A stretch of 64,000 nucleotides of DNA from Heterodontus francisci (taxonomy: Eukaryota): the NCBI RefSeq assembly GCF_036365525.1, contig NC_090404.1, positions 11,994,550 through 12,058,549 of the forward strand, in the 5' to 3' direction. Below are positions 11,914-24,334 of this stretch, one piece after another. The notes under the pieces were generated by a model. The model had not been told where the DNA came from and did no database searches. It was given only the letters and a program-made list of their open reading frames with translations. Made by a program: the position numbers and the translations under genes. How positions within the stretch are numbered: the first letter of the stretch is position 1; every line of letters starts with the position of its first letter.

Positions 11914-11952
11914 AGTTTTTGTACAGGGTGCACACGGAACTGTGTAGCTGTG
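11914..11952 (-). other. 23-RSS of TCR V pseudogene 2
   Basis: Minus strand CACAGCT, 23-nt spacer ACACAGTTCCGTGTGCACCCTGT, nonamer ACAAAAACT. Confidence 0.9.
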
Positions 11953-12396
11953 TGTCTCAGGGGACAGTAATATGCGGCGCTGTCTGACAGCTCCGCCGCA
12001 GAAACAGTCAGCTGAACCGTACTCTCTTCTGTGCTCAACTCTGCTGTAAAACGGTCCTTGGCGAAGTCGACTGGAAGGTGTCATATTGGGTGATAAGCAA
12101 CACGTTTCCCGGAGCCCGACCGGGAAGCTGCCAGTACCAGAAAAGATAAGGGTTTGTATTTGTTGTTTCAAAACTTCAATTCAGCATCACCGCTCCTTCT
12201 TCCCGCACTGTCTTGGTCGAATAGCCCTGATGAACCGAATCGCCGCCAACGCTGCTGGCTGAAAGAGAAATTAAACATGAACAACTAACCGCCTCAATAA
12301 CCAGACCTGTTAGTGTTTATTTATACACAGATTCTACATGTACTTACACAGCACAGAGAGGGCCCAAACCAGGCTGGAATAAATAAGGAAACACAT
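11953..12396 (-). pseudogene. T-cell receptor V-alpha/delta-type segment 2 (leader 12348-12396, V exon 11953-12258)
   Basis: Leader MCFLIYSSLVWALSVL with GTAAGT donor; acceptor ..ctctttcag. Exon reads SSVGGDSVHQGYSTKTVREEGAVMLN*SFETTNTNPYLFWYWQLPGRAPGNVLLITQYDTF, then a frameshift, then VDFAKDRFTAELSTEESTVQLTVSAAELSDSAAYYCPLR. TGA (12176-12178) replaces the first conserved Cys. Confidence 0.9.
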
Positions 12397-14127
12397 CACT
12401 GTCCACTTGTCGAATGAGAGCAGCGACACTTTCTCTCCAGTGGCAAAAACTGCCACCCACACCGGAACAGGCTGATCTATTTTACCCTGTGACAGGGATA
12501 GAAAGGAAACTGACTCTGCAGTCATGTCATATCCGTTATTGACAATGTCACATCATCAGGGAACAGGAAGAATTGTTGCGGTCGCTGTTTGTGCAGCAAC
12601 ATCAGAAATGTTTCATTGAAGAGTCCTCTGGACAGTATTTCCAGCGAAATTGTAAACTTTGTTTTTACTTGTTCAACCATTTAATCGCAAAGAATGTATT
12701 TAAGGTCAGCTTCGAGAGAGGTCAGAGGAAACCATCGCGGAACTATTTACGATTCACTGTATTCAATGAACAGGGCAATTATCCCACTCAGTTCGTTATT
12801 CAGTTCATTTGCATGTACCTGTGGTATTTTACATGGACAGTACGGAGCTGCCATTAGCGTTAACGGGGGACAGGACATGATTTTAATCACTGAACACAAC
12901 CGAGAGTCGGTGGAAAATCGTTCCAGAGCCACAATTGGCCAGAGACTGAATGATGCCAGTTTTCCTGGGTCGATGGCGCCCCCTAGTCTCTCTTTAATTC
13001 CCCATTTCATAGAATCCTGCGGCAATGGAGGAGGCCATTCGGTCCATCGTGTACGTGCTGGCATTTGATTATTGCCACTGCTCTGCTCTTCCCCCATAGG
13101 CCTGTAAATTTATCCTTTTCAAGTATATATTTAATTAATTTCTGGGAATTCCTATTTGGACAGGAAGGGCGTGAACTGCACAAGAATTGTGATAATAGAG
13201 AGAGTTTAGTCCTCGGGAATTGCTCGGTGTTCGGAATGCGTGTGCGCCCATCTGTGTGGTGGTCTATCTCAATTATATATACTGTGTGTGTACATGTGTG
13301 TGTGCGCAGTTAAACAGGATACAGTTATTTTAATAAATGAATAATTGACAGAAAGATGGAGACTGTAAAGTATTAAGCTTATAATATTGGAAGATGGTTG
13401 CAAACAATGACCGGCTGAAGGTTTTCCTGGTAACCTCACCTCACGTGGGCTGTTTAATGTCGAGCGAACATTCCCGCCTCGGTTATGTTGTGAAGTGCTT
13501 GTGCTAGTGATCATCAGCAGCTTAATGATGAAGAGAGGGACACATGTGCTTGTGCTAGTGATCATCAGCAGTTTACTGGTGAAGAGAGGGACACAGGTAC
13601 CTCGCCACTTCCTCACCACAGGCTGGTTAGCTGTTACCATCCAGCTCCAGTGCAGTGATCCCCTCCCTGGGACGGATCAGGGTCAGGCACTGAACACACT
13701 GCACCCCACCAGGGACATCACAAACTGCCCCCTCCCTGGTTTCGTCATTGCTGGAGGGATTGAAGCTGGAATATTGGAACAGGATTGGCCATTCAGCCCC
13801 TTCGAGCCTGATGAAACATTCTATTAGATCATGGCTGATCTGCACCTCAGTTCCATTTTCCCGCCTTTGATCCATTTCCCTTGATATCTTTACCTACAAG
13901 AATCTATTGCTTCGTGTCTTGAGAATGTGCAGGGTTACAGGGGGAAGGTGGGGGAATGGCATTAGGTGAATTGCTCTTTCGGAGAGCCAGTGCAGACAGG
14001 ATGGGCCGAACGTCCTCCTTCTGCGCTGGAACAATTCTGTGATTCTGATTCGGCGATTTTAACCAAATTGACATCAAGATCTGACAGAAGCTCTCGATTC
14101 ATTAGAACATGATTATTATCATTTTTT

Positions 14128-14950
14128 GAATGTGGAAGGAGAAATGTTTGTCTCTTCTGTCTGTCGGAAACAATTTCAAACATCAATGTGACTGGAAAAG
14201 CACCGAGACACACACACCCGAGTGGGAGTGTTCCAGTGCACTGACTGTGGAAAGAGCTTTAACCAGTTACACAGCCTGAAAAACCATCATTCCATTCACA
14301 TCGGGGAGAAACAGTACACGTGTTCTGTGTGTGGCTGAGGCTTTAACTGATCATCCGATCTAGAGAGACAGAAGGACACCCACTCCACGGCAAAACCGTG
14401 GACATTTGGAGACTGTAGGAGGGGATTCAAGTGTGAGAGGCTGTTCCGCTGCTCCATTTGTGGGAACGAATTCACTCAGTCATCCAACCTCCATACACAT
14501 CAGCGTGTTCAAACTGGAGAGCGTCCGTTCACCTGTATTGAATGTGGGAAGGTATTAAATGTTTTATCACACCTTCTGTCGCACCAGCGAGTTCACTCTG
14601 ATAAGAGACCGTTTAAATTTTTTGACTGTGAAAAGAGCTTTAAGAACAAAAGTCAACTGCTAAGACACCAGCAGCTTCACACTGGGGAGAGGCCGTTCAC
14701 CTGCTCCGTGTGTGGAGACAGATTCACTTGATGCAGCAACCTCGCTTTACATCAACTTGTCCATACCGAGCAGAAACCGTTTAAATGTTCCAACTGTGAA
14801 ATGAGCTTTAAAAGCGCAAGTGATTTGCTGAAAAGCCAGTGAGTTCATATTGGGGAGAGGCCGTTCACTTACTCAGTGCGTGGAAAGGGATTTAATCGAT
14901 CAGCCAACCTGATGAGATACCAAAAAGTTCACAACTTTAAAAGTGACTGC
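14128..14950 (+). pseudogene. C2H2 (Kruppel/XlCGF-like) zinc-finger array pseudogene
   Basis: Repeated CxxCGKxF...LxxHQ.xHTGERPF units (e.g. CTDCGKSFNQLHSLKNHHSIH, HTGERPFTCSVCG) interrupted by several stops. Confidence 0.88.
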
Positions 14951-15304
14951 AGGGATTCACATCCAGTTAATCAGATCTAGGACTGACCCATGTTTATTCT
15001 GACTGCCGGGCTTCATATCTGCTGATATTAATAATATTTATAACTGGGATGGAATTTGATATTCTGGCGATGTCTTTACTTTACTTTGTAACCATTACTC
15101 TTGAAATAAAGTATCTCCCTTCAGGCTATGCTCAAGGTTTAGTGGGATGAAACCAAACAGTGATTTACATCCACATTTTTCAATTTATTATGTTGTATTT
15201 GATGCTCCCGATGCGGTCTGCTCCACACTGGGCAGACCGAACACAGACTGAGTGTTCGTTTTGTAGAACACCTCTGTTCAGATTATCAAGTATAGTAATA
15301 TCAA

Positions 15305-16525
15305 GCGGCTCTTGCTTATCAATAACCTGCTCAGTGAAGCTCAGTTTGGGTTCCGCCAGGGTCACTCAGCTCCTGACCTCATGACGGCCTTGGTTCAAAC
15401 ATGGACAAAGGAGCTGAACTCAACAGGTGGGGTGAGAGTGAATGCCTGTGACATCAAGGCAGCATTTGACCGAGTGCGGCATCAAGGAGCCCCAGCAAAA
15501 CTGGAGTCAATGGGAATCAGGGGAAAGCGCTCCACTGGTTGGAGTCATACCTAGCACAAAGAAATATGGTTGTTGTTGTTGGAGGTCAATCATCTCAGCT
15601 TTTGGATCTCACTGCAGGAGTTCCTCAGGGTAGTGTCCGAGGCCAGAACCATCTTCAGCTGCTTCATCAATGACCGTCCTTCAATTATAAGGTCAGAAGT
15701 GGGGATGTTCGTTGATGATTTTACGATGTTCAGCACCATTCGCGACTCCTCTGATACTGAAGCAGTCTGTGTAGAAATGTAGCAAGACCTGGACAATATC
15801 CAGGCTTGGGCTGACAAGTGGCAAGTAATATTCGCGTCACACAAATGCCAGGAAATGACCATCTCCAACAAGAGTCAATCTAACCATTCCCCCTTGACAC
15901 TTGATGGCATTACGATCGCTGAATCCCCTACTAACAACATCCTAGGGGTTACCATTGACCAGTAACTGAACTGGAGTAGCCATATAAATACCATGGCTAC
16001 AAGAACAGGTCAGAGACTAGGAATCCTGCGGTGAATAACTCACCTCCTGAGTCCCCAAAGCCCGTCCACCAAGGCACAAGTCAGGAGTATGATGGACTAC
16101 TCTCCACCTGCCTGGATGGGTGCAGCTCCAACAACACTCAAGAAGCTGGACAGCATCCAAGACAAAGCAGCCGGCTTAATTGACACCACATCCACAAACA
16201 TTCACTCCCTCCACCACCAACGCACAGTGGCAGCAGTGTGTACCATCTACAAGATGCACTGCAGCAATGCACCAAGGCTCCGTAGACATCACCTTCCAAA
16301 CACGCGACCTTCACCACCTAGAAGGACAAGGGCAACAGATGCATGGGAACAGCACCACCTGCAAGTTTCCGTCCAAGCCACTCACTAACCTGACTTGGAA
16401 CTATATCAACCTTTCTTCACTATCGTTGGGTCGAAATCCAGGAGCTCCCTCCCGAACAACACTGTGGGTGTACCTACCCCACATAGACTGCAGAGGTTCA
16501 AGAAGGCGGCACACCACCACCTCCT
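15305..16525 (+). mobile_element. LINE RT fragment (second CR1/L2-group family)
   Basis: NNLLSEAQFGFRQGHSAPDL, DIKAAFDRV, GVPQG, FSCFIND..SIIRSEVGMFVDD. Confidence 0.9.
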
Positions 16526-16625
16526 CTGATGAAAGGTCACAGACCTGAAACGTTTACTCTACTTCCCTCTCCACAGATGTTGCATGACCTGCTGAGTATT
16601 TCTCGCACTTTCTGTTTTTATTTAA
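16526..16625 (+). mobile_element. Penelope-like element terminal fragment with hammerhead core
   Basis: CTGATGA-AAGGTC-ACA-GACCT-GAAACGTT followed by the same tail as the copy at 60477-60610. Confidence 0.7.
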
Positions 16626-16745
16626 CCTTTCCCGATGTTTCCCATTTGGCACCGCTCTTAAAATGTGCAGAGAGGCACCGGGTGGATCTATGGAAGAAGG
16701 AGTCACTCAGCTGCGCAGCTCCATTGATCAGATCTTCAACCATTG

Positions 16746-17183
16746 TTTTATTCATTCATGGGATGTGGGCGTCACTGGCTAGGCCAGCATTTATTGCCCA
16801 TCCCCAATTGCCCTTGAGAAGGTGGTGGTGAGCTGCCTTTTTGAACCGCTGTCGTCCATTTGGGGTAGGTATACCCACAGTGCTGTTAGGAAGGGGGTTC
16901 CAGGATTTTGACCCAGTGACAGTGAAGGAACGGCGATATAGTTCCAAGTCAGGACGGTGTGTGACTTGGAGCGGAACTTGCAGGTGATGGTGTTCCCATG
17001 TATTTGCTGCCCTTGTCCTTCTAGTTGGTAGAGGTCGCGGGTTTGGAAGGTGCTGTCTGAGGAGCCTTGGTGCATTGCTGCAGTGCATCTTGTAGATGGT
17101 ATTCACTGCTGCCACTCTGCATCGGTGGTGGAGGGAGTGAATGTTTGCAGATGGGGTGCCAATCAAGCGGGCTGCTTTGCCCT
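16746..17183 (-). mobile_element. LINE 3' fragment, same family as 15305-16525
   Basis: ORF 16756-17199 NIHSLHHRCRVAAV...KKAAHHHLLKGN. It splits the ~81-bp repeat array. Confidence 0.9.
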
Positions 17184-17184
17184 G

Positions 17185-17670
17185 AGAACAGACAGGCACT
17201 GACCTGATGCGCCTTAGGGTGCCTCATTCATCCAACTGAACGGGCTGTTGCTCAGATCTTCATTCACTGAGACCAGATCAGGATATGGCTGATCCACTGA
17301 GGGGAGCCTCACGAACCTCCATCAGCAAAAATCTCAGATCTCTAACATTTGAGACCAGGCAGACACTGAACGGATCCCTCGTAAGGCTCCTCACTCAGCT
17401 GTAAAGGTACATTGCTCAGATAGTTAACCGTGATGTATAGAGAGGCACTGAGATGATGCACCGTAGGGAGCCTCAGTCATCTGCACAGTTACATTGTTAA
17501 GATTTTTAACCATTGAATACAGACAGTATCTGGGTTCATGCACAGAGGAGGCCTCATTCACCTGCACAAGTCCTTTGCTCAGATTTTAAACTTTGAATAC
17601 TTACAAATGAAGGACCAATCCCCTGTGGGAGCCTCACTCACTTACACTGGGCCGTTTCTCAGACCTTCCT
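17185..17670. repeat. About six diverged ~81-bp tandem units
   Basis: AGGCACTGA..GAT..GCCTCA(T/C)TCA..GCTCAGAT recurs at ~80-bp spacing. Confidence 0.65.
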
Positions 17671-17859
17671 TTCATTGTAATACTTCATAATTTTAACCCG
17701 CTGTTTATTTTTCTGCTCCCTGGCTAGATTTTTTTAACCTCTGCTTATCTCTGTCATTCTGTTTTTTCCTTTTGCCTCTTTCTTCATACTATCATTCTGT
17801 TTTTTTCCTTTTGCCCCTTTCTTCTCATCTCCCCAATTCCCTTCACAAAGACCAGATAC

Positions 17860-18452
17860 ACAAGAGCACAAGAGATAGGAATGGAGGTTGACCATATAGC
17901 CCATCGGGACAGCTCCGCCATTCAATACGATCATGGCTGGTCTTCGGCTTCAAGTTCATTTTTCTGGCAGCTCCCCATATCCCTTGATTCCCTGCGAGCC
18001 CAAAATTCTATCTATCTCAGCCTTAAATGTATTCAATGATGGAGCATCCACAATCCTCTGGGGGAGAGAATTCCAAAGATTCACAAACCTTTGAGTGAAA
18101 TAATTTCTCCTCATCTCAGTCCTGAATGATTGGCCCCTTATCCTTCGACTGTGTCCCTGTGTTCTAGATTCCCTGACCAGCGGGAACAATCTCTCAGCTT
18201 CTACCCTATCAAGCCCTTTCAAAATCTTGTATGTCGCAATTAGATCGCCTGTCATTCTTCTAAACTCCAGAGAATATAGACCCAATTTACTCAGTCTCTC
18301 ATCATAGGACAACGCCTTCATTCCAGGGTCCAATTTAGTAAATCTTCGCTGCACTGTCTCCATTGCAATATGTCACTTCTTAAATGTGGAGACCAAAACT
18401 GCACAGAATATTCCCGGTGCGGTCTCACCAAAGCTCTGTACAATTTTAGTAA
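17860..18452 (-). mobile_element. CR1-clade LINE 3' fragment
   Basis: ORF 17956-18363 VQRRFTKL...LYSLEFRRM.GDLI...VNLWNSLPQ. Confidence 0.9.
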
Positions 18453-18454
18453 GC

Positions 18455-18883
18455 CCTTTTCGTTGTGCAGCTTTTCCAGGAGCACAGGCATTGCGAGCGA
18501 GGAGTGAACAGCTGGGAAGTCAATTTCATCGGGAGTTTCGGTGGAGCAGGGACCACTGGGTAAGTAGAAACCTATATATTTGGGCTGTGTAAATTCTCTT
18601 ACCTTTTCGTTGTGCAGCTTTTCCAGGAGCACAGGCATTGCGAGCGAGGAGTGAACAGCTGGGAAGTCAATTTCATCGGGAGTTTCGGTGGAGCAGGGAC
18701 TGCTGGGTAAGTAGAAACCTATATATTTGGGCTGTGTAAATTCTCTTACCTTTTCGTTGTGCAGCTTTTCCAGGAGCACAGGCATTGCGAGCGAGGAGTG
18801 AACAGCTGGGAAGTCAATTTCAATGGGGAGTTTCGGTGGAGCAGGGACTGCTGGGTAAGTAGAAACCTATATATTTGGGCTGC
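18455..18883. repeat. 147-bp tandem repeat, about 3 near-identical copies
   Basis: Units start at 18455, 18602 and 18749 (CCTTTTCGTTGTGCAGC...). Confidence 0.95.
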
Positions 18884-18904
18884 TTCTGAACCCGAGACAT
18901 GCAG

Positions 18905-19680
18905 AAGAGGAAATTTAAGGCAGAGAAATGTGAAAAACGTGGAGAGGCAATGTAAAATAAAGGGTGCAATTCTAAAAGGGGTGCAGGAGCAGAGGGACCT
19001 GTGTGCATATGTGAATAATTCTTTGAAGGTGGCAAGACAGGTTGAGATAGCGGTTAATGGAGCATACAGCATACTTGGCTTCAATAATATGTGCATAGAG
19101 TGCAAAAGCCATCAATGCATGTTGAAAATTATATCGAACACTGGTTTGGCTTCAACTGGAATATTGCGTCCAGTTCTGGGCGCCAGAATTTAGGAAAGAT
19201 GTGCAGGCATTGGAGAGCATGCAGAAAAGGTTCACGAGAATGGTTCCAGAGATAAAGAACTTCGGTTAGGTGGAAAAAAGTGGAGAATTTGGGACAGTTT
19301 TCTTTGGAGAAGAGACGGTTGAAAGGAGATCTGATAGAGGTTTTTAAACTGATGTGGAGTCTGGACAGAGTAGATAAGGAAAAACTGTTCCCATTGATCG
19401 AGAACAAGAGGGCACACATTTAAGGACATTATCAACAGAAGCAATGGTGACATGGTGACAGCGGCAGGTTAGGATCTGGAATGCACTGCGTGAGAGTGCG
19501 ATGAAGTGATATTCAATCGAGGCATTCAAAAGGGAATTGGATTATTATCTGAAAAGGAAGAATGTGTCGGCCTCCGGGGAGATGGCGGTGCAGTGGCACG
19601 AGGTAAATTGCCCTTTCGGAGAGCTGGCGCAGACACGACGTGCCGAATGGCCTCCTGCTCTGATTCTGTGACAAAATGAA
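18905..19680 (+). mobile_element. CR1-clade LINE 3' fragment
   Basis: GVQEQRDL, SLKVARQV, LEYCVQFWAP motifs and a CR1 tail. Confidence 0.88.
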
Positions 19681-19989
19681 TGAAGAAATTGTAGAAATGA
19701 TTCGATTTGTTTTGATCTACAGACCATTGAGTTTGACAGAGACAGGCTGGAGAATCTGCTCCACTCAAGATAGGTGAACTCACCAATTCAATCCGAGTGG
19801 CTTCAAGGAGCACAACAAGATTTGAAACCACGGAGTTTCTGATAGACTAGTCCCAGAGCTGCCAGTAGATGAAGGTATCGCCAAGAACCTTCTCTCAGCA
19901 GTTAATGGGCGACTCTGTAAGTGACTGTTTTAATACCAGCAGAGATCAACTTTTCCAGGCAGATGCTGCAGGGTGATTACTGCGGATTT

Positions 19990-20004
19990 GCCGCCATCTG
20001 GTGG
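19990..20004 (-). promoter_or_regulatory. Candidate CTCF site
   Basis: Minus strand CCACCAGATGGCGGC matches the CTCF core CCASYAGRKGGCRS. Confidence 0.55.
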
Positions 20005-20507
20005 AATAAATCAGAATTTCTCCCCAGCAATCTTTCCTTCAATAGGAGAACTTTTGTTTCGGAATTCATTTCGTGAGGCATTCATAAGGACACTACACCA
20101 AAACGGTTGTGATAATTAAATAATAAGTGCAGGACAAAGTACAGTTACAAAGTCAGATTGCTAAGAATCGTACCTACTAGGGCAATAGATACGCCAGAAA
20201 TGGCATTGCACGTTCCCTTTGGGAGCAGAGCCGATCTCTTGCTCTGCACTGGGCCAAACTCGTATCTTTCACGTTTTTTTTTAACTTTTATGTGTCATAT
20301 ATTTTATAGTGTTAGTCACATCTTGCTAACGTGATCACATTTCAATGTATTAATTTCGTTACAAATTAATACTCAACACGTTAATTAAATTATACGAATT
20401 TCTTCAGTGTATCTGCATTTTTATTTTACTCTCTGCATTGTCTCAGTTATTCCTGCACAAGGCTCAGTCTGAAGTTTATATTACATGCAGAACTATCTCA
20501 GTCAAGA

Positions 20508-20945
20508 TTCATTCAGGAGATGTGGGCGTCGCTGACCAGGCCAGCATTCATTGCCCATCCCTAATTGCCCTTGAGAAGGTGGTGTTGAGCTGCCTTCTTG
20601 AACCACTGCAGTTGTTGGTGTTCGGGTACACCAACAGTCCTGTTAGGAAGGAAGTTACAGAACTTTGATCCAGTGACAGTAAAGGAATGGAGATATAGTT
20701 CCAAGTCAGGATGGTGTGTGGCTTGGAGGAGAACTTGCAGTTGATAGCTTTCCAAGCATCTGCTTCCTTATTCTTCTAGGTGGTAGAGGTCACGGGTTTG
20801 GTAGGTGCTGGCGAAAAAACCTGGGTGAGTTGCTGAAGTGCATCTTGTAAATGGTATACACTGCTTCCACTGTCCGTCGGTGGTGAGGGAGTGAATGTTA
20901 AAGGTGGATGCCAATCAAGTGGGTGGCTTTGTCTTGGATGGTGCG
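20508..20945 (-). mobile_element. LINE 3' fragment (family of 15305-16525)
   Basis: ORF 20561-20755 ends KKAAQHHLLKGN. Confidence 0.85.
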
Positions 20946-20994
20946 TCCTATTATATCTCTTTTTATATTACACTCGATACTATCTTATTAATTG

Positions 20995-21126
20995 NNNNNN
21001 NNNNNNNNNNNNNNNNNNNNNNNNNNNNNNNNNNNNNNNNNNNNNNNNNNNNNNNNNNNNNNNNNNNNNNNNNNNNNNNNNNNNNNNNNNNNNNNNNNNN
21101 NNNNNNNNNNNNNNNNNNNNNNNNNN
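20995..21126. other. Assembly gap
   Basis: Run of N. Confidence 1.
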
Positions 21127-22135
21127 TTCAAGAAAGGGGGTGACAGACAGCAAGAAACTATAGGCCAGGTAGCCTAACCTTTGTTATTGGTAAATGCTGG
21201 AATCTATTATTAAAGAAATTAAGGAAATCATTTGGCAGACGGTAAGGATGATACCAATCAACTTCAACAGGACATAGATAGGCTATCAGAACGGGCAGAC
21301 AAGTGTCAGATGGAAGTTAATACAGAGAAGTGTGAGGTGATGCATATGGGAAAAATGGATATTAAAGAGGAAATAGAGACTAAATAGTACAGTTCTAAAG
21401 GGTTTGCAGGGGCAGAGGGACCTGAGGGTTCCTGTGCATAGATCTTTAAAGGTGGCAGGACATATTGAGAGAATAGTTAGCAAAGCATATGGGATCTTGG
21501 ACTTCAGAAATAGAGGTATTGAGAACTAAAGTAGGGAAGTTATGCCGAGCCTTTACAAAACTCTGGTTAGTAGACAACGAAAGTATTACATCTGATCACC
21601 ACATTTTTGGAAGGATGAGAGTGTCCTTGAGAGGGCGCAGAGAAGATTTACCAGAATGGTTCCAGAGATGAGGGATTTTAGTTACTAGGTTATGTTGGGA
21701 AAGCTGCGGTTGTTCTCCTTGGAACAAAAATATTGAGGGGCGATTTGGTAAAAGTGTGATTATGTGTGTGAGAGAAGTGATTATGAAAGATTTGGGTAGG
21801 CAAGTCAAATAACAGCTATTCTCATTATCTGATGGTACAAGGACTAGGGGACACAGATTTAAACTTTTGGGCAAGAGATGCAGGGGGTACATGAAGAAGA
21901 ACGTTTTTACACATTGAGTGGTAATAACCTGGATCTTGCTGCCTACAAGGGTGGTGGAATCAGAGACGATGAAATGTTTCAAAAAGAAATTGAATGCACA
22001 CTTGAGGGAAATAAACTTGCAGGGCTAAGGGGATGGAACCACTGAATGGAACTGTTTAGATTGTTCTACCGATAGCCAGTATGGACTTGGAGGGCTGAAT
22101 GGCCCACTTCTGTGCCGTTATGATTCTATGACTCT
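21127..22135 (+). mobile_element. Decayed CR1-clade LINE fragments
   Basis: LQQDIDRL, KCEVMH, RTRGHRFK-type motifs and a CR1 tail. Confidence 0.85.
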
Positions 22136-22147
22136 GTAATGCAATCA

Positions 22148-22504
22148 GGTGGCACAGTGGCGCTGTGGTTAGCACCGCAGCCTCACAGCTCTAGCGACCC
22201 GGGTTGAATTCTGGGTACTGCCTGTGTGGAGTTTGCAAGTTCTCCCTGTGTCTGCGTGGGTTTTCTCCGGGTGCTCCGGTTTCCTCCCACAAGCCAAAAG
22301 ACTTGCAGGTTGGTAGGTAAATTGGCCATTATAAATTGCTACTAGTAGAGGTAGGTGGGAGGGAAATATAGGGACAGGTGGGGATGTGGTAGGAATATGG
22401 GATAAGTGTAGGATTAGTATAAATGGGTGGTTGATGGTCGGCACAGACTCGGTGGGCCGAAGGGCCTGTTTCAGTGCTGTATCTCTAAACTAAACTAAAC
22501 TAAA
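22148..22504 (+). mobile_element. HE1-type (V-SINE) tRNA-derived SINE
   Basis: tRNA-like head GGTGGCACAGTGGCGCTGTGGTTAGCAC...GGGTTGAATTC, V-domain GGGTGCTCCGGTTTCCTCCCAC, CR1-derived tail GGGCCGAAGGGCCTGTTTC, (TAAAC)n end. Confidence 0.9.
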
Positions 22505-23765
22505 GTTGTGTTTGGCAATTTTGTTAGAGTTCTTTGAGGACGTAACAAGCAGGGTGGAAAATAGGCAACCAATGGATGTAATGTATTTGGATTTACAAAA
22601 GGCATTCAATAAGGTGCCACATAAAAGGTTACTACACAAGATAAGAGCTCATGGTGCTGAGGGCAATATATTAGCATACATAGAGGATTGGCTAATTAAG
22701 AGGAAATAGAGAGTCGGGTTAAATCGGGCATTTTCAGGTTGGAAAACAGTAAGCAGTGTCGTGCCACAGGGATCAGTGCTGGCTCCTCAACTATTTACAA
22801 TCTATATTAATGACTTGGATGAAGGGACTGAGTGTATCATAGCCAAATTTGTGGACAATACGAAGATAGGTAGGAAAGCAAGTTGCAAGGAGGATGCAAA
22901 CTGCGTGCAAGGAGATATAGATAGGTTAAGTTAGTGGAAAAAATGGGCAGATGGAGTATAATGTGGGAAAATGTGTGGTTGTCCACTTCGATAGGAAGGC
23001 TAGAAAAGCAGAATATTATTTACATGGAGAGAGACTGCAGAATACTGTGGTACAGAGGGATTTGGGTGTCCTCGCAAATTAATCACAAAATGTTAGCGTT
23101 CAGGTACAGCAAGTAATGAGGAAGGCCAATGGAATGTTGGTGTTTATTGAAAAGGGGATGAAGTATAAAAGTAAGAAAGTATTGTTACAACTTTACAGGG
23201 GATTGGTGAGAGCTCACTTAGAATACTGCATACAGTTTTGGTCTCCTTACTTAAGGAGGGATGTAATTGCATTGGAAGCAGTTCAGAGAATTTTCACGAA
23301 GCTGATTTCTGGGGTTGTCTTATGAGAAATGGTTGAGCATGTTGGGCCTATACTCATTGGTGTTCACAAGACTGAGAAATGATGTTATTGAAAGACATAA
23401 GATTCTGAGGGGGTTTGACAGGGCACATACTGAAAGGATGTCTCCACTCATGAAGGAATCTAGAACTAAGGGGCACAGTTTCAAAATAAGGGGTCTCCCA
23501 TTTAAGACGGAGGTGAAGAAGAATTTCTTCTCTCAGCGGGTCGTCAGTATTTGGAACACTCTTCCCCAGAGAACAGTGGATGCTGGGTCATTGAAGATAT
23601 TCAAAGCTGCTTTAGACAAATTTTTGATGTGCAAGAGAGTCAAGGGCTATGGCCAGCAGGAGTAAAGTGGAGTTCAGGCCACAATCAGACCAGCCATAAG
23701 CGTATTGAATGGTGGAGCTAACTCGAGGGACCAAATAACCTACTCCTGCCCCGATTTCTTCTGTT
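22505..23765 (+). mobile_element. CR1-clade LINE RT fragment
   Basis: YLDLQKAFNKVPH, VPQGSVL, LEYCIQFWSPY. Confidence 0.92.
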
Positions 23766-23988
23766 CTTATAGATAGACAGATCGACAGACAGACAAACAA
23801 ATGGATAGACAAATAGCTAAATAGATAGACAGTGTCAGTCGTATATTTAAATATAAATAAAATATACCTTTGTGTGTTGAAAGAATACATTTCATCTTGT
23901 GAATAACTATCAGCACCTGTGTGCAATTTCTAATTGCTCTGGCATTACGTGGGGAATCTTTGCGTCAAAAGGATGAGTGAACCTTGAA

Positions 23989-24300
23989 ACAATCTCACAG
24001 AGATGAACTGGGATTAAGGCACAGGACTAAAGGTGAGCAATATTGTACTGCACGTTACACTACTTAGTGACAAAACTTTGTTGTGTTAAGGTTTACTAAT
24101 TCATATTTGTGTTGTACTATGTCCATTGCTGACAGTTTTTTTAATGTGAAGGATTTTTTTATTCTGCAGGATTTTCTATTGAACTTTTGCCTCACCCACT
24201 GCTTGTGTTGGTCAGAGTCTGGAACCATGTCCTCACAGCACCAGCAGATGGGCTGCCGTAGGGTCCTAATGTCCACCCGATTATCTCTCTCTCAACTGGT
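23989..24300 (+). other. Duplicated donor-intron-exon-like module, copy 1 (paralog at 35009-35325)
   Basis: Donor AAAG|GTGAG (24033), 137-nt intron-like segment, acceptor ttttattctgcag (24169), 129-nt open exon-like segment 24170-24298, then GTTAAG. Confidence 0.5.
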
Positions 24301-24334
24301 TAAGAGGTGCAACTGAAACCAGCTCATGTAATAT

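Noticed and set aside
20891-21177. ORFs spanning N runs (also 38823-39452)
   Set aside because: Artefacts of assembly gaps.
22148-22225. tRNA gene
   Set aside because: The A/B-box-like head continues into a V-SINE body and LINE-derived tail, so it is a SINE.
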